64,000 bases of DNA from Bacteroidaceae bacterium (GTDB lineage: Bacteria > Bacteroidota > Bacteroidia > Bacteroidales > Bacteroidaceae), in NCBI GenBank assembly GCA_017442855.1, contig JAFSPM010000049.1, forward strand, positions 17,490 through 81,489, given 5' to 3'. Positions 37,419 to 49,049 of this stretch are shown here, piece by piece. The notes under the pieces were generated by a model, which made no database searches, was not told the origin of the DNA, and saw only the letters and a list, made by a program, of their open reading frames with translations. Positions within the stretch are counted from its first letter, which is position 1; every line of letters starts with the position of its first letter. The position numbers and the translations under genes are program-made.

Positions 37419-39605
37419 ATGGCCATGGCTGAGAAATACATTTTAACCGATGAGCTGAAAAAATATTTTGGCTTCGATACCTTCAAAGGAAACCAAGAAG
37501 CTATCATACAAAATCTGCTGGATGGTAACGACACGTTTGTACTGATGCCCACCGGTGGAGGTAAATCGTTGTGTTATCAGTTGCCCTCATTATTAATGGA
37601 GGGCACGGCTATTGTGATCTCTCCTCTCATTGCGTTGATGAAAAACCAGGTGGATGCCATGCGCAACTACAGCGAAGAAGATGGCATCGCCCACTTCATC
37701 AACTCGTCGCTCAACCGTACGGCTATCGAACAGGTGAAGGATGACATCCTGTGTGGCAAGACTAAGTTGCTTTATGTGGCACCCGAATCGTTGACCAAGG
37801 AAGAGAACGTTGACTTCCTCAAGCAGGTGAAGATATCCTTTTATGCCATTGACGAGGCACATTGTATCTCTGAGTGGGGGCATGATTTCCGTCCTGAGTA
37901 CAGAAAAATACGCCCCATCGTCAACCAGGTTGGCAAGGCACCGCTTATCGCCTTGACGGCCACCGCCACGCCCAAGGTACAGCACGATATACAGAAGAAT
38001 TTAGGCATGATGCACGCCAAGGTGTTCAAGTCATCGTTTAACCGTCCTAACCTCTATTACGAGGTACGCACAAAGACAGACGATGTAGATAAAGACATTA
38101 TCAAATATATTAAAGCCAACCCAGAGAAGTCAGGCATTATCTATTGCCTCAGCCGCAAGAAGGTGGAGGAACTCTCTGAGATTCTCGTGGCCAATGGCAT
38201 CAAGGCAAAACCCTATCATGCCGGCATGGACAGCGTAACCCGTACCGAGACCCAAGACGATTTCCTCATGGAGAAGATTGACGTCATTGTGGTCACCATC
38301 GCCTTTGGCATGGGCATCGACAAGCCAGATGTGCGCTTCGTGATACACTACGACATTCCCAAAAGCCTCGAAGGCTACTACCAGGAGACTGGTCGCGCAG
38401 GACGTGATGGCGGTGAGGGACAGTGCATTGCCTTTTACAGCGATAAAGACCTTCAAAAACTTGAGAAATTCATGCAGGGCAAACCTGTGGCCGAGCAGGA
38501 GATTGGCAAACAGCTGTTGTTGGAAACAGCAGCCTATGCAGAGTCTTCCATGTGCCGCCGTAAGACCCTGTTGCACTACTTCGGCGAAGAGTACAAGGAG
38601 GCCAATTGTGGCAACTGCGACAATTGTTTAAATCCCAAGAAACAAGTGGAAGCTCAAGATTTACTATGCACCGTTATCGATGCGGTATACGCCGTGAAAG
38701 AAAATTTCAAGCAAGACTATATAGTAGACATTATCAAGGGTAATGAAACGAATGAGGTGATTGACCACCACCACGAAGACCTCGAAGTGTTCGGTTCAGG
38801 CATGGGGGAAGAAGAAAAGGTGTGGAACAATGTCATTCGTCAGGCCCTCATCGATGGCTATCTCAGCAAGGATGTCGAGAACTACGGCCTTATCAAGGTC
38901 ACCTCCGCTGGCAAAAAATTCCTCAAGCACCCCAAGTCGTTCAAAATAGTTGAAGAAGGTGATTTTGAAGAGGCCGAGGAAGAAGCTCCAATGCATGGCG
39001 GAGCCTCTTTGGCGCTCGATCCCACACTGTTCAGTATGTTGAAAGACCTGCGCAAGAAGATGTCGAAGCAGCTCAACCTGCCTCCATACGTCATCTTCCA
39101 AGACCCATCGCTTGAGGCTATGGCCACCACCTACCCCGTTACCGTAGAAGAGCTACAGAACATCCCCGGTGTGGGTGCCGGTAAGGCCAAGCGCTATGGC
39201 GAAGAGTTCTGCAAGCTTATCAAGCGCCATTGCGAGGAGAACGAGATTGAACGTCCTGAAGACCTGCGTGTGCGTACCGTAGCCAACAAATCGAAGCTGA
39301 AGGTCAGCATCATCCAGGCTATTGACCGCCAAGTGGCACTTGACGACATTGCCAACACCAAAGGCATGGAGTTTGACGAACTACTTGACGAAGTGGAAGC
39401 CATCGTTTATTCAGGCACCAAAATCAACATCGACTATTTCCTGCGTGAGGTGGTGGATGAAGACCACATGCTAGACATCTACGAGTATTTCCAAGAATCG
39501 ACAACCGATGACCTCGATACTGCCATTGAAGAGTTAGGTGAAGACTATACAGAAGAAGAAATCCGTTTAGTGCGTATCAAGTTCATCAGCGAGATGGGAA
39601 ATTGA
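37419..39605 (+). CDS. recQ: ATP-dependent DNA helicase RecQ
   Basis: MPTGGGKSLCYQ, DEAHCISEWGHDFRP, YYQETGRAGRDG, zinc site, RQC and HRDC domains. Confidence 0.97.
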   Translation: MAMAEKYILTDELKKYFGFDTFKGNQEAIIQNLLDGNDTFVLMPTGGGKSLCYQLPSLLMEGTAIVISPLIALMKNQVDAMRNYSEEDGIAHFINSSLNRTAIEQVKDDILCGKTKLLYVAPESLTKEENVDFLKQVKISFYAIDEAHCISEWGHDFRPEYRKIRPIVNQVGKAPLIALTATATPKVQHDIQKNLGMMHAKVFKSSFNRPNLYYEVRTKTDDVDKDIIKYIKANPEKSGIIYCLSRKKVEELSEILVANGIKAKPYHAGMDSVTRTETQDDFLMEKIDVIVVTIAFGMGIDKPDVRFVIHYDIPKSLEGYYQETGRAGRDGGEGQCIAFYSDKDLQKLEKFMQGKPVAEQEIGKQLLLETAAYAESSMCRRKTLLHYFGEEYKEANCGNCDNCLNPKKQVEAQDLLCTVIDAVYAVKENFKQDYIVDIIKGNETNEVIDHHHEDLEVFGSGMGEEEKVWNNVIRQALIDGYLSKDVENYGLIKVTSAGKKFLKHPKSFKIVEEGDFEEAEEEAPMHGGASLALDPTLFSMLKDLRKKMSKQLNLPPYVIFQDPSLEAMATTYPVTVEELQNIPGVGAGKAKRYGEEFCKLIKRHCEENEIERPEDLRVRTVANKSKLKVSIIQAIDRQVALDDIANTKGMEFDELLDEVEAIVYSGTKINIDYFLREVVDEDHMLDIYEYFQESTTDDLDTAIEELGEDYTEEEIRLVRIKFISEMGN

Positions 39606-39624
39606 AGTAACAACTATAAAAAAA

Positions 39625-41088
39625 ATGAAAATAGGTTTTGATAATGAAAAGTATCTGAAGATACAGTCAGAGCATATTCGCGAACGCATCGCTCAGTTCG
39701 ACGGCAAGCTATACATGGAATTGGGCGGTAAGTTATTCGATGATCACCACGCTTCTCGCATCCTACCAGGCTTCCAGCCCGACAGTAAGCTGCGCATGCT
39801 GGCACAACTGAGAGACAGCATCGAGATCGTGATAGTCATCAATGCGGCAGACATCGAGAAAAATAAGATACGTACCGATCTGGGCATCACCTATGACGAG
39901 GATGTGCTGCGTCTGCGCGACGAGTTCATGAAGCGCGACTTCATGGTAGGCTCGGTAGTCATCACCCACTACAACGGTCAGATGGCAGCCGACCAGTTCC
40001 GTCACCGCCTTGAGCGCATGGGCATCAAAACCTATATCCACTACCCCATTGAGGGCTATCCGCACAATGTACAACTCATCGCCAGCGACGAGGGCTATGG
40101 AAAGAACGACTTTGTCGAGACCTCACGTGAGCTGGTCATCGTTACCGCCCCAGGTCCTGGCAGCGGCAAAATGGCAGTATGTCTGAGTCAGCTCTACAAC
40201 GAAAACCGTCGTGGCAAACGTGCCGGCTATGCCAAGTTCGAGACATTCCCTGTGTGGAATCTGCCGTTGAAGCACCCCATTAACATCGCCTATGAGGCAG
40301 CTACGGCCGACCTCAACGATGTGAACATGATCGACCCGTTCCATCTGGAAGCCTACGGTAAGATTGCCATCAACTACAACCGTGACATCGAGATATATCC
40401 CGTGCTCAACGCCCTGTTTGAAGGCATCTATGGCGAGAATCCTTATAAGTCGCCTACCGATATGGGAGTCAACATGATTGGTTTCTGCATCAGCGACGAC
40501 GAAGTGTGTTGTCAGGCTTCTCGCGATGAGATTATCCGCCGCTACTATACAGCCACCAACAAGCTGGCCAACGGTGCTTGCAACGAGAACGAGATAAACA
40601 AAATCCTCATGCTGTTCAACCAAGCCAAGATTACCACTGCCGATCGTCGCTGCACAGTAGCTGCAAACGAGCGCAAACAGCAGACAGGGCAGCCTGCTTC
40701 GGCCATGGAGTTGGAAGATGGTACCATCATCACCGCCAAGACTACCCAGTTGCTGGGCTGCAGTGCAGCACTCATCCTCAACGTAATCAAATACCTGGCA
40801 GGAATCAAACATGACGTAAAGCTTATTCCGCAAACCCTCATCGAGCCTATCCAAAAGACCAAGATAGAATACCTGTGTGGTAACAACCCGCGTCTGCATA
40901 CCGACGAGGTGCTAGTGGCTCTCAGTGTGTTGTCTCAGCACGACGACCAATGCCGCCGTGCCCTGGAACAACTGCCCCGACTGCGTGGCTGTCAGGTGCA
41001 CACCACCATCATGCTGGGTGAAGTGGACCGTAAGATCTTCAAGAAACTCGGTTGCGACCTCACCTGCGATCCTGTGAAGAAAAAATAG
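39625..41088 (+). CDS. DUF1846 family protein
   Basis: MKIGFDNEKYL, GGKLFDDHHASR.LPGF, APGPGSGK, YAKFETFP.WN. Confidence 0.9.
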   Translation: MKIGFDNEKYLKIQSEHIRERIAQFDGKLYMELGGKLFDDHHASRILPGFQPDSKLRMLAQLRDSIEIVIVINAADIEKNKIRTDLGITYDEDVLRLRDEFMKRDFMVGSVVITHYNGQMAADQFRHRLERMGIKTYIHYPIEGYPHNVQLIASDEGYGKNDFVETSRELVIVTAPGPGSGKMAVCLSQLYNENRRGKRAGYAKFETFPVWNLPLKHPINIAYEAATADLNDVNMIDPFHLEAYGKIAINYNRDIEIYPVLNALFEGIYGENPYKSPTDMGVNMIGFCISDDEVCCQASRDEIIRRYYTATNKLANGACNENEINKILMLFNQAKITTADRRCTVAANERKQQTGQPASAMELEDGTIITAKTTQLLGCSAALILNVIKYLAGIKHDVKLIPQTLIEPIQKTKIEYLCGNNPRLHTDEVLVALSVLSQHDDQCRRALEQLPRLRGCQVHTTIMLGEVDRKIFKKLGCDLTCDPVKKK

Positions 41089-41094
41089 AATGCT

Positions 41095-42645
41095 ATGATA
41101 AGAACACTCTTTTGGTCGCTCGTCCTCTTGTGCTGTTGCTCCATCGCCACAGCACAGTCACGTGTGGATGACGAACAACAGCTCAGAAGCTGGATCAAAA
41201 CCATCGCCTCCGACGAGTTTGGTGGACGTAAACCTATGACAACTTATGAGGACAAAACCGTGCAATACCTCGCACAACAGTTGCAGGAGCTGGGGTTGGA
41301 GCCAGCCTTCAACGGCAGCTGGTACCAACCGTTTGAGATGATAGCTGTCACCGCCAAGCCCCAAGGCAACAGATTTGCTGTTCGTGGAAGGGAAAAAACC
41401 GAATTACTTTACCCTGACGATGTGGTGGCGTGGACGGCACGTGCTACCGACAAGATATCGCTTCGCAAAGCAGAATACGTGTTTGTAGGTTTTGGCATCC
41501 ATGCCCCCGAGTATGGGTGGGATGACTATGCCGACATCGACGTCAAAGACAAGATAGTCATTGCTATGGTCAACGATCCAGGCTATTACGACGCCTCCCT
41601 CTTCCGTGGTCGCAATATGACCTACTACGGCCGCTGGCTCTATAAGTTTGAGGAGGCCAAGCGCCAAGGCGCCGCAGGATGCTTGGTGCTGCACAATACC
41701 GAGGCTGCCAGCTATGGCTGGCACGTGTGTGTCAATGGTCACATGGAAGACAACCTCGCCCTATACGACCCACAGACGTGCAATACCGACGAATTAGCCA
41801 TCAAAGGTTGGCTACGTGAAGAAGGTGCCCAGAAACTGTTTGCCGCCGCAGGCATGGACATGCAAGCAGCACAGGCCGCTGCCAAGCGTCCCGGCTTCAA
41901 AAGTTTCTCGCTCGAGGTACGTGGCGACATCACCATGGCCGTCACCTACGACATACAGCAGACACGCAATGTGGCTGGCATCATCCGTGGCACCGAACAG
42001 CCCAACGAGGTAGTAGTTATGAATGCCCACTGGGATCATCTCGGCATCGGTACCCCCGACGAGCGTGGCGACTCTATCTATAACGGTGCAGCCGACAATG
42101 CCTCTGGCATAGCGAGTGCCCTCCTGGTAGCGAAAAAGTTCAAGGCCTTGCCGCAAGCACCCCATCGCAGTGTGCTCTTCCTCTTCCCCTCATCTGAGGA
42201 GAGTGGTCTCTTTGGTTCCGAGTACTACTGCCAGCACCCCGCCATCCCAATGAAGGACACCTCCGCTTGTCTCAACTTTGAGAGCATCGGTCCTGCCGAG
42301 TTAACCCACGATGTGGTCATCCTTGGTGGTGGTGCTTCCGACCTCGACCTCTACTACGAAGCAGCTGTAGCGGCTCAGGGCAGGCATATCTTCTATGACG
42401 ATGACAATTCCGATGGTTGGTTTTTCCGTTCCGACCACTACAATTTCGTCAAGCAAGGCGTGCGTGCCGTGGTGGTAGAAAACGGCCTCCATCCCGTTGA
42501 TGCGAGCCGACCCAACCAATATCCCATGGCATCGTGGTACCACAAGCCCTCCGACGAGTACCATGCCGACTGGGACCTAAGTGGCACCTTGGAGAATGTG
42601 TATATGATTTACAGTGTAGGCCTCTCGTTGGCCAACGAACGATAA
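41095..42645 (+). CDS. M28 family metallopeptidase with PA domain
   Basis: ASDEFGGR, AHWDHLG, NGAADNASG, EESGL.GS, RSDH, YHKPSD. Confidence 0.9.
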   Translation: MIRTLFWSLVLLCCCSIATAQSRVDDEQQLRSWIKTIASDEFGGRKPMTTYEDKTVQYLAQQLQELGLEPAFNGSWYQPFEMIAVTAKPQGNRFAVRGREKTELLYPDDVVAWTARATDKISLRKAEYVFVGFGIHAPEYGWDDYADIDVKDKIVIAMVNDPGYYDASLFRGRNMTYYGRWLYKFEEAKRQGAAGCLVLHNTEAASYGWHVCVNGHMEDNLALYDPQTCNTDELAIKGWLREEGAQKLFAAAGMDMQAAQAAAKRPGFKSFSLEVRGDITMAVTYDIQQTRNVAGIIRGTEQPNEVVVMNAHWDHLGIGTPDERGDSIYNGAADNASGIASALLVAKKFKALPQAPHRSVLFLFPSSEESGLFGSEYYCQHPAIPMKDTSACLNFESIGPAELTHDVVILGGGASDLDLYYEAAVAAQGRHIFYDDDNSDGWFFRSDHYNFVKQGVRAVVVENGLHPVDASRPNQYPMASWYHKPSDEYHADWDLSGTLENVYMIYSVGLSLANER

Positions 42646-42687
42646 AGCAACAACCTTATATTTATACTAATTAAAAATAACGAAGTT

Positions 42688-43824
42688 ATGAAGAAAATTT
42701 TTCTTTTGGCATTCGCTACCGTATTGGTAGTGAGTGCAAGTGCACAGGAGCTGGCTAATTTCAGCCGCAACGCACAGCAAATCGTATCACCCGAGGTAAA
42801 GGGTGACTCCGTTACCTTCCGTCTGAGTGCCAACTATGCTACCGTCGTTAACCTCTACGGCAACTGGATGGCTAATTACACCGATGTGGTACCTTTGAAG
42901 AAAGGTAATGACGGCGTTTGGGAAGTCACCATCGCCGCTCCAGAACCGGAGATTTACACCTACAACTTTATTGTTGACGGTGTCAGTGTGAACGACCCAC
43001 GTAACTATATGGTACAACGCGATGGTACCCGTTACCTCAACATGTTGTTTGTTCCTGGTGAACGTTCAGCCAACTACAACGAAACCCTGCAGCATCGCGG
43101 CACAGTGAGCTACCGTTGGTACGACAGCAGTATCCTTGGCATCAACCGCCGTCTAACCGTCTATACCCCTTACGGCTACGAGACCAGCAAGAAGAGCTAT
43201 CCCGTACTTTATCTGTTGCATGGTGCCGGTGGCGACGAAGAAGCATGGTCCAGCATGGGTCGAACCGCTCAGATTCTCGACAACCTTATCGAGCAGGGCA
43301 AGGCAGAGCCAATGATTGTTGTTATGCCTAACGGCAACCCAGGTCAGCAGGCAGCCTCTACCCTGGGCTTACCCGTAAAGAACTACGACTACCATGCGCC
43401 AGAAAACGCAAATATTTATGTCCGTAGCCTTGTAGAAGAAATCGTTCCTTTCATCGAAAAGAACTACCGTGCCATCCCAAAGAAAGCCTCACGTGCCATT
43501 GCAGGCCTGAGCATGGGTGGTGGTCACACCTTCGCCGCTACCACGCTCTATCCTGACAAGTTCGACTATATTTGCCCGCTGAGTGCAGGTACTCGTGAGA
43601 GCGACACCCTCGATGCCCAGCTACAAGGCATCAAGAAGGCAGGCTACAAGCTCTATTGGATTGGTTGCGGCACCGCTGACTTCGCATATCCTAATAATCA
43701 GGTGCTCGATAAGGCGTTGACACGTAACGGCATGGCCCACACTTTCTATGAGAGTACAGGCGGCCACGAGTGGAAGAACTGGCGTCTCTACCTCAATACC
43801 TTTGCTCAGTTATTATTCAAGTAA
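42688..43824 (+). CDS. Esterase (CBM48-like + CE1 feruloyl/acetyl-xylan esterase-like)
   Basis: VYTP.GY, YPVLYLLHG.GGDE, AGLSMGG, GGHEW..WR; signal peptide. Confidence 0.88.
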   Translation: MKKIFLLAFATVLVVSASAQELANFSRNAQQIVSPEVKGDSVTFRLSANYATVVNLYGNWMANYTDVVPLKKGNDGVWEVTIAAPEPEIYTYNFIVDGVSVNDPRNYMVQRDGTRYLNMLFVPGERSANYNETLQHRGTVSYRWYDSSILGINRRLTVYTPYGYETSKKSYPVLYLLHGAGGDEEAWSSMGRTAQILDNLIEQGKAEPMIVVMPNGNPGQQAASTLGLPVKNYDYHAPENANIYVRSLVEEIVPFIEKNYRAIPKKASRAIAGLSMGGGHTFAATTLYPDKFDYICPLSAGTRESDTLDAQLQGIKKAGYKLYWIGCGTADFAYPNNQVLDKALTRNGMAHTFYESTGGHEWKNWRLYLNTFAQLLFK

Positions 43825-43845
43825 ATGTTACCATAATTGAAGAAG

Positions 43846-43876
43846 AAGGCAGTTACCCAACGTAGCTGCCTTTTTT
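43846..43876 (+). terminator. Intrinsic terminator
   Basis: AAGGCAGTTAC-CCAAC-GTAGCTGCCTTTTTT. Confidence 0.8.
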
Positions 43877-44088
43877 ATTTCCTTATAGACGGTGCCACAC
43901 TTTCCCAGAAACAATTCATCAAAGTTTTGTTTTTTTCTGCAATATTCAATAGAATAGTCATATATACAAGGAAAGACAAAATCAATGCGAAGAGCAAAGT
44001 TTTAACATTTGAGGCATGGTTTTAGTCAAAAAACATTTTGCGTTTTCAGCATTAATCAGTACTTTCGCAAAAAGAAACAATAAAAACA

Positions 44089-44646
44089 ATGGATATGAAA
44101 AAGGTATATGTATTCTTTGCAGACGGCTTCGAGGAGATCGAAGCACTGACATCGGTGGACGTATTGAAACGTGCAGGAGCCGATGTGGTGATGGTTTCAG
44201 TAACACCTAACGAGATAGTGACAGGGGCACACGATGTGCCAGTGTTGTGCGACAAGAACATTGAAAGTTGCGACATGATGGACGCTGACCTGCTGCTACT
44301 GCCTGGGGGTATGCCTGGAGCACAAACGCTGGGCGAATGTGAATACTTGTGCAAGACACTGAAAAGACAGGCTGCCGAAGGCAAACCAGTGGCTGCCATC
44401 TGTGCAGCTCCTATGGTACTGGGCAAATTAGGCATACTGAACGGCAAGAAAGCAACGTGCTACCCTGGCTTCGAGGGTTTCTTCGATGGGGCGGACTATA
44501 CGGCAGCTCCGGTGGAGCGCGACGGAAACATCATCACAGGGAAGGGCCCTGGCGTATCTCTGGTATTTGCTTACGAGGTGGTAAATATGCTATTTGGTGC
44601 TGAAAAGGTGGCTGAACTAAAAGCAGCCATGATGGTGGAGGAATGA
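44089..44646 (+). CDS. DJ-1/ThiJ/YajL family protein
   Basis: [31 protein letters not shown]. Confidence 0.92.
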   Translation: MDMKKVYVFFADGFEEIEALTSVDVLKRAGADVVMVSVTPNEIVTGAHDVPVLCDKNIESCDMMDADLLLLPGGMPGAQTLGECEYLCKTLKRQAAEGKPVAAICAAPMVLGKLGILNGKKATCYPGFEGFFDGADYTAAPVERDGNIITGKGPGVSLVFAYEVVNMLFGAEKVAELKAAMMVEE

Positions 44647-45326
44647 AACGCTATGCAATCATAGTGGCAGGAGGCAAGGGGCTACGTATGGGCTCAGAGG
44701 TGCCAAAGCAGTTCCTGACAGTAAGAGGGGTGCCAGTGCTGATGCTAACCCTGCAGAAGTTTCATGCCTTTGACCCTGAGATGGAGCTGATAGTGGTACT
44801 TCCTGAAGATCAGATGGGCTACTGGAGGGGGCTGTGCCAAGAGCACGGGTGTAGCATCCCACACCAGATAGTGGCGGGAGGCGAGACACGTTTCCATTCG
44901 GTGAAGAACGGACTGGATATTATAGAGACAGACAACGATGCTGTGGTGGGCGTGCACGATGGTGTACGACCATTTGTGTCGGATGAGGTGCTGCAACGCT
45001 GCTACACTTTGGCGGAGGAGAAAAAGGCGGTGATACCAGTTATTCCTGTGGTGGAAACCATGAGAAGAGTGTATGTGGGACAATGGTCGGTGCCGAGAGG
45101 CGGCTCGGTAATGGTACCTCGTAGGGAATACCGATTGGTGCAGACACCGCAGGTGTTTAACGTGGCGCTGCTGAAGCGGGCGTATAAACAGACGTATATG
45201 GTGGAGTTTACAGATGATGCAACGGTGGTGGAGGCAATTGGCACGCAAGTGACGTTGACGGAGGGCAATCAGGAAAATATTAAGATTACGACACCATATG
45301 ATTTGAAAATTGCAGAGATTATGTAA
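44643..45326 (+). CDS. ispD: 2-C-methyl-D-erythritol 4-phosphate cytidylyltransferase
   Basis: AGGKGLRMG...PKQF, HDGVRP, QTPQ.F, TDDA, NIKITT..DL. Confidence 0.96.
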   Translation: MKRYAIIVAGGKGLRMGSEVPKQFLTVRGVPVLMLTLQKFHAFDPEMELIVVLPEDQMGYWRGLCQEHGCSIPHQIVAGGETRFHSVKNGLDIIETDNDAVVGVHDGVRPFVSDEVLQRCYTLAEEKKAVIPVIPVVETMRRVYVGQWSVPRGGSVMVPRREYRLVQTPQVFNVALLKRAYKQTYMVEFTDDATVVEAIGTQVTLTEGNQENIKITTPYDLKIAEIM

Positions 45327-47416
45327 TGTTCGAGAATCTGGATGTGAAATATATCAGTGGCGTAGGGCCGCAACGCGCTACCCTACTCGCCAAGGAGCTG
45401 AATATACATTCAGTGCACGATCTGCTGTATTATTTCCCCTACAAATATGTGGATAGGAGCAAGATTTACACCATCAACGAGGTGACGGGCGACCTACCCT
45501 ACATCCAAGTACGAGGACAGATTACGGCTTTCGAGACGGTGGGGGAAGGTAGGGGCAAACGACTGATTGCGCACTTTACTGACGGTACGGGCTTCATCGA
45601 CCTGATATGGTTTCAAGGCATCAAGTATGTGGTGAACAGATATAAGGTGCGCCAGGAATACATCGTGTTTGGCAAACCCACTGTGTTTAACGGCCGACTG
45701 AACATAGCCCATCCTGACCTGGACCCAGCATCGGAGGTGCAGCTGTCGAACTTAGGCATGCAGCCCTACTACAACACCACAGAGAAAATGAAGCGTAGCT
45801 TCCTGAACTCACACGCCATAGAGAAGATAATGCAAAATGCGATGCCGTTGCTGAAAGAACCATTGCCTGAGACCTTAACCCCTGAGATTATTGCCAAACA
45901 ACATTTGATGCCTCTCAATGATGCCCTGCGCAACATTCATTTCCCACAGAACAACGACGCCTTGCGACAAGCACAACTACGCTTGAAATTCGAAGAGCTA
46001 TTCTATGTGCAGCTGAACATTCTGCGCTATGCAAGTGACCGACGGAGAAAATTCCGTGGGTATGTGTTCCGTCATGTGGGAGCTTTCTTCAATACATTCT
46101 ACAACAAATACTTGCCTTTTGAGTTGACCAACGCCCAGAAAAGGGTATTGCGCGAGATACGTGCCGATATGGGTAGTGGCAAGCAGATGAACCGACTGCT
46201 GCAAGGAGATGTGGGCAGCGGCAAGACAATGGTGGCACTAATGAGTATGTTGCTGGCACTGGACAACGGTTACCAGGCGTGTTTGATGGCACCCACTGAA
46301 ATTCTGGCCAGCCAGCACTACGAGACACTTTGCCGACAACTGGATGGACTTGGGGTACGAGTGGAGCTACTAACAGGCTCTATCAAGGGGAAAAAGCGCG
46401 GGCAGATTCTAAGCGGACTACAAAACGGTGATGTGCGCATCTTAATAGGCACGCATGCCCTGATAGAGGATGGGGTGAACTTTGCCCATTTAGGTTTGGC
46501 GGTGATTGACGAGCAACACCGCTTTGGAGTGGCACAACGTGCCAGATTGTGGGGCAAGAGCATGCAGCCACCGCATGTATTAGTGATGACGGCCACACCT
46601 ATTCCTCGTACGCTGGCGATGACACTTTATGGCGACTTGGATGTGTCGGTGATTGATGAACTGCCCCCTGGGCGCAAACCGATAGCTACCCTGCATCAGT
46701 TTGACAATCGCCGGGAACAACTTAATGCTTTCATTCGCAAGCAGGTGAACGAGGGCAGACAGATATACATCGTTTACCCACTCATCAAGGAGAGTGAAAA
46801 GATAGACTTGAAAAACTTGGTAGAGGGCTACTCACAGGTGTGCGACGACTTTCCCGACCTGACAGTGTGCCAAGTACACGGACAAATGAAACCTGCCCTA
46901 AAGGAGGAACAAATGCAGCGCTTCGTAAAGGGTGAGGCACAGATAATGGTGGCGACCACGGTAATTGAGGTAGGAGTGAACGTACCCAACGCCTCAGTGA
47001 TGGTAATTCAGAATGCCGAACGCTTCGGACTGTCGCAGTTGCACCAATTAAGAGGGCGTGTAGGTCGTGGTGCCGACCAATCGTACTGCATCCTGGTGAC
47101 GGGCTACAAACTGGCGGAAGACACAAGAAAGCGCATAGAGATTATGGTGCGCACTAACGATGGCTTTGAGATTGCCGAGGCAGACCTGAAACTGCGTGGC
47201 CCTGGCGACCTGGAGGGCACACAACAGAGTGGCATGGCCTTCGAACTGCTGATTGCTAACTTGGCGCGAGACGGGCAGATTCTGCAATTGGCACGCGACG
47301 TGGCGGAGCGCATTGTGGAGGAAGATCCCACCTGCGAAATGCCAAAATATGCGTTGCTATGGCGACAACTGAAGAACCTGAGAAAGACCAATATCAATTG
47401 GTCAGCCATTAGTTAA
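45326..47416 (+). CDS. recG: ATP-dependent DNA helicase RecG
   Basis: QGDVGSGKT, DEQHRFGV, MTATPIPRTL, QLRGRVGRG, LRGPGD. Confidence 0.98.
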   Translation: MFENLDVKYISGVGPQRATLLAKELNIHSVHDLLYYFPYKYVDRSKIYTINEVTGDLPYIQVRGQITAFETVGEGRGKRLIAHFTDGTGFIDLIWFQGIKYVVNRYKVRQEYIVFGKPTVFNGRLNIAHPDLDPASEVQLSNLGMQPYYNTTEKMKRSFLNSHAIEKIMQNAMPLLKEPLPETLTPEIIAKQHLMPLNDALRNIHFPQNNDALRQAQLRLKFEELFYVQLNILRYASDRRRKFRGYVFRHVGAFFNTFYNKYLPFELTNAQKRVLREIRADMGSGKQMNRLLQGDVGSGKTMVALMSMLLALDNGYQACLMAPTEILASQHYETLCRQLDGLGVRVELLTGSIKGKKRGQILSGLQNGDVRILIGTHALIEDGVNFAHLGLAVIDEQHRFGVAQRARLWGKSMQPPHVLVMTATPIPRTLAMTLYGDLDVSVIDELPPGRKPIATLHQFDNRREQLNAFIRKQVNEGRQIYIVYPLIKESEKIDLKNLVEGYSQVCDDFPDLTVCQVHGQMKPALKEEQMQRFVKGEAQIMVATTVIEVGVNVPNASVMVIQNAERFGLSQLHQLRGRVGRGADQSYCILVTGYKLAEDTRKRIEIMVRTNDGFEIAEADLKLRGPGDLEGTQQSGMAFELLIANLARDGQILQLARDVAERIVEEDPTCEMPKYALLWRQLKNLRKTNINWSAIS

Positions 47417-47511
47417 ATATGTTTTTCAGCATATTTTATGGTTTTTTATAGTGATTTATTTTGTTAAAAAGGAGAAAATGCCTTACCTTTGTGCGAATAG
47501 TGGTAATTTGT

Positions 47512-48399
47512 ATGCATTTTAAATTCGTAAAGACAATCATATTTACAGCTACCTGCCTATGCAGCATGGGGATATCGGCACAAGATTTGATAGCCAGACA
47601 AGCTCCTGTGGATGTCAAACTGAGAAGTGTGGATTCACTGGCTCTGCAGAAGATTATCAAAGCCGAACAATCAGAAAACCCCAGCATAGACATCTATCAG
47701 TCATGGGACAATGAGTTTGTGAATGCGTACGCCAACGCAGTGATTCCAGACACCTACACATTTGATCTGACTGGTTTCTGCATGCCTACCCCTAACACGA
47801 AAATCAATGACATATTTGGCTATCGCCCTCGCAGACGTCGTGCCCATTACGGACTGGACGTGAAGGTGAACGTAGGTGACACTATTCGCTCGGCTTTCGA
47901 CGGTAAAGTTCGTATCGTGAAGAACCAGGGGCGCAGGGGATATGGCAAATATATCGTCATCCGTCATGACAACGGTCTGGAAACCGTTTATGGACACCTC
48001 TCAAAGCAATTAGTAGAAGAAAATCAGCTGGTACGTGCCGGCGATGTTATAGGTTTAGGTGGCAACACAGGACGCTCTACAGGTTCACACCTGCATTTCG
48101 AGACGCGTTTCCTGGGTGTGGCCATCAACCCAGCATTGATGTTTGATTTCGAAAAACAGGACGTAGTAGCCGACAGCTACACACATGTTTTCAAGAAACA
48201 GACAACCAAGCGGGCATCAGCAACAGCTTCTAATGAGGTAATATCCGATGGCGAGGGCGTTTACTACAAGGTGAAGAGTGGCGACACGTTGTCGAAAATT
48301 GCCAACAAACAAGGTGTGAGTGTCAATCAGCTGTGTAAACTGAACGGCATTACCACCAAAACTGTTTTGCGCATCGGGCAAGTGCTCAGGTGTTCATAA
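47512..48399 (+). CDS. M23 family peptidase with C-terminal LysM
   Basis: HYGLD, YGHL, GRSTGSHLHFE; YKVKSGDTLSKIA LysM. Confidence 0.92.
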   Translation: MHFKFVKTIIFTATCLCSMGISAQDLIARQAPVDVKLRSVDSLALQKIIKAEQSENPSIDIYQSWDNEFVNAYANAVIPDTYTFDLTGFCMPTPNTKINDIFGYRPRRRRAHYGLDVKVNVGDTIRSAFDGKVRIVKNQGRRGYGKYIVIRHDNGLETVYGHLSKQLVEENQLVRAGDVIGLGGNTGRSTGSHLHFETRFLGVAINPALMFDFEKQDVVADSYTHVFKKQTTKRASATASNEVISDGEGVYYKVKSGDTLSKIANKQGVSVNQLCKLNGITTKTVLRIGQVLRCS

Positions 48400-48424
48400 A
48401 AGTATTGGGTATAAAACACAAAAA

Positions 48425-48460
48425 AGGATGCTTTAATATGATTTAAGGCATCCTATTTTT
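48425..48460 (+). terminator. Probable intrinsic terminator
   Basis: AGGATGCTTTAA..TTAAGGCATCCT followed by ATTTTT. Confidence 0.65.
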
Positions 48461-48506
48461 ATTTATGGTGTAGAATGCTTATCTTTGCAAAGCAAAATAA
48501 AGAGAT

Positions 48507-49049
48507 ATGAAAAATACAAAGGCACAGTTTGAGCAAGTGATAGCCGAATGCAGGGACTTGTTTGTGAAGAAACTGCACGACTATGGGGCAGCATGGCGCA
48601 TTATGCGTCCCGCATCGGTGACCGACCAGATATTCATTAAAGCTAACCGCATCAGAACCCTTGAGGTAAAGGGCGTGTCCATGGTAGGCGAAGGCATCAA
48701 ACCTGAGTTCATGGGCATTGTGAACTATGGCATCATCGCACTGATACAGTTGGAGTTGGGCTATGCTGAGCATGAGGACATTAGCGTCGAGCAGGCCATT
48801 GAACTGTATGACAAATATGCCAAGAGCACCCTGGAACTGATGCTAGCCAAAAACCACGACTATGACGAGGCATGGCGCAACATGCGGATTACATCGTACA
48901 CCGACCTGATACTGATGAAGATTAACCGCACCAAGCAAATTGAGGATTTGGCAGGCAACACCTTGGTATCAGAGGGCGTGGACGCCAACTACATGGATAT
49001 GATCAACTATTCAGTGTTTGGACTGATTAAACTGAACTTTGGCGACTAA
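48507..49049 (+). CDS. DUF1599 domain protein
   Basis: Duplicated KLHDYG.AWR / [10 protein letters not shown] domains. Confidence 0.88.
   Translation: MKNTKAQFEQVIAECRDLFVKKLHDYGAAWRIMRPASVTDQIFIKANRIRTLEVKGVSMVGEGIKPEFMGIVNYGIIALIQLELGYAEHEDISVEQAIELYDKYAKSTLELMLAKNHDYDEAWRNMRITSYTDLILMKINRTKQIEDLAGNTLVSEGVDANYMDMINYSVFGLIKLNFGD

Noticed and set aside
38281-38310. RecQ motif V reads VVTIAFGMG instead of VATIAFGMG
   Set aside because: Single conservative change that could be a sequencing variant; all other motifs are intact.
43877-44088. Chromosomal oriC at the skew flip
   Set aside because: No TTATCCACA-type DnaA box cluster seen, and the skew change appears local.
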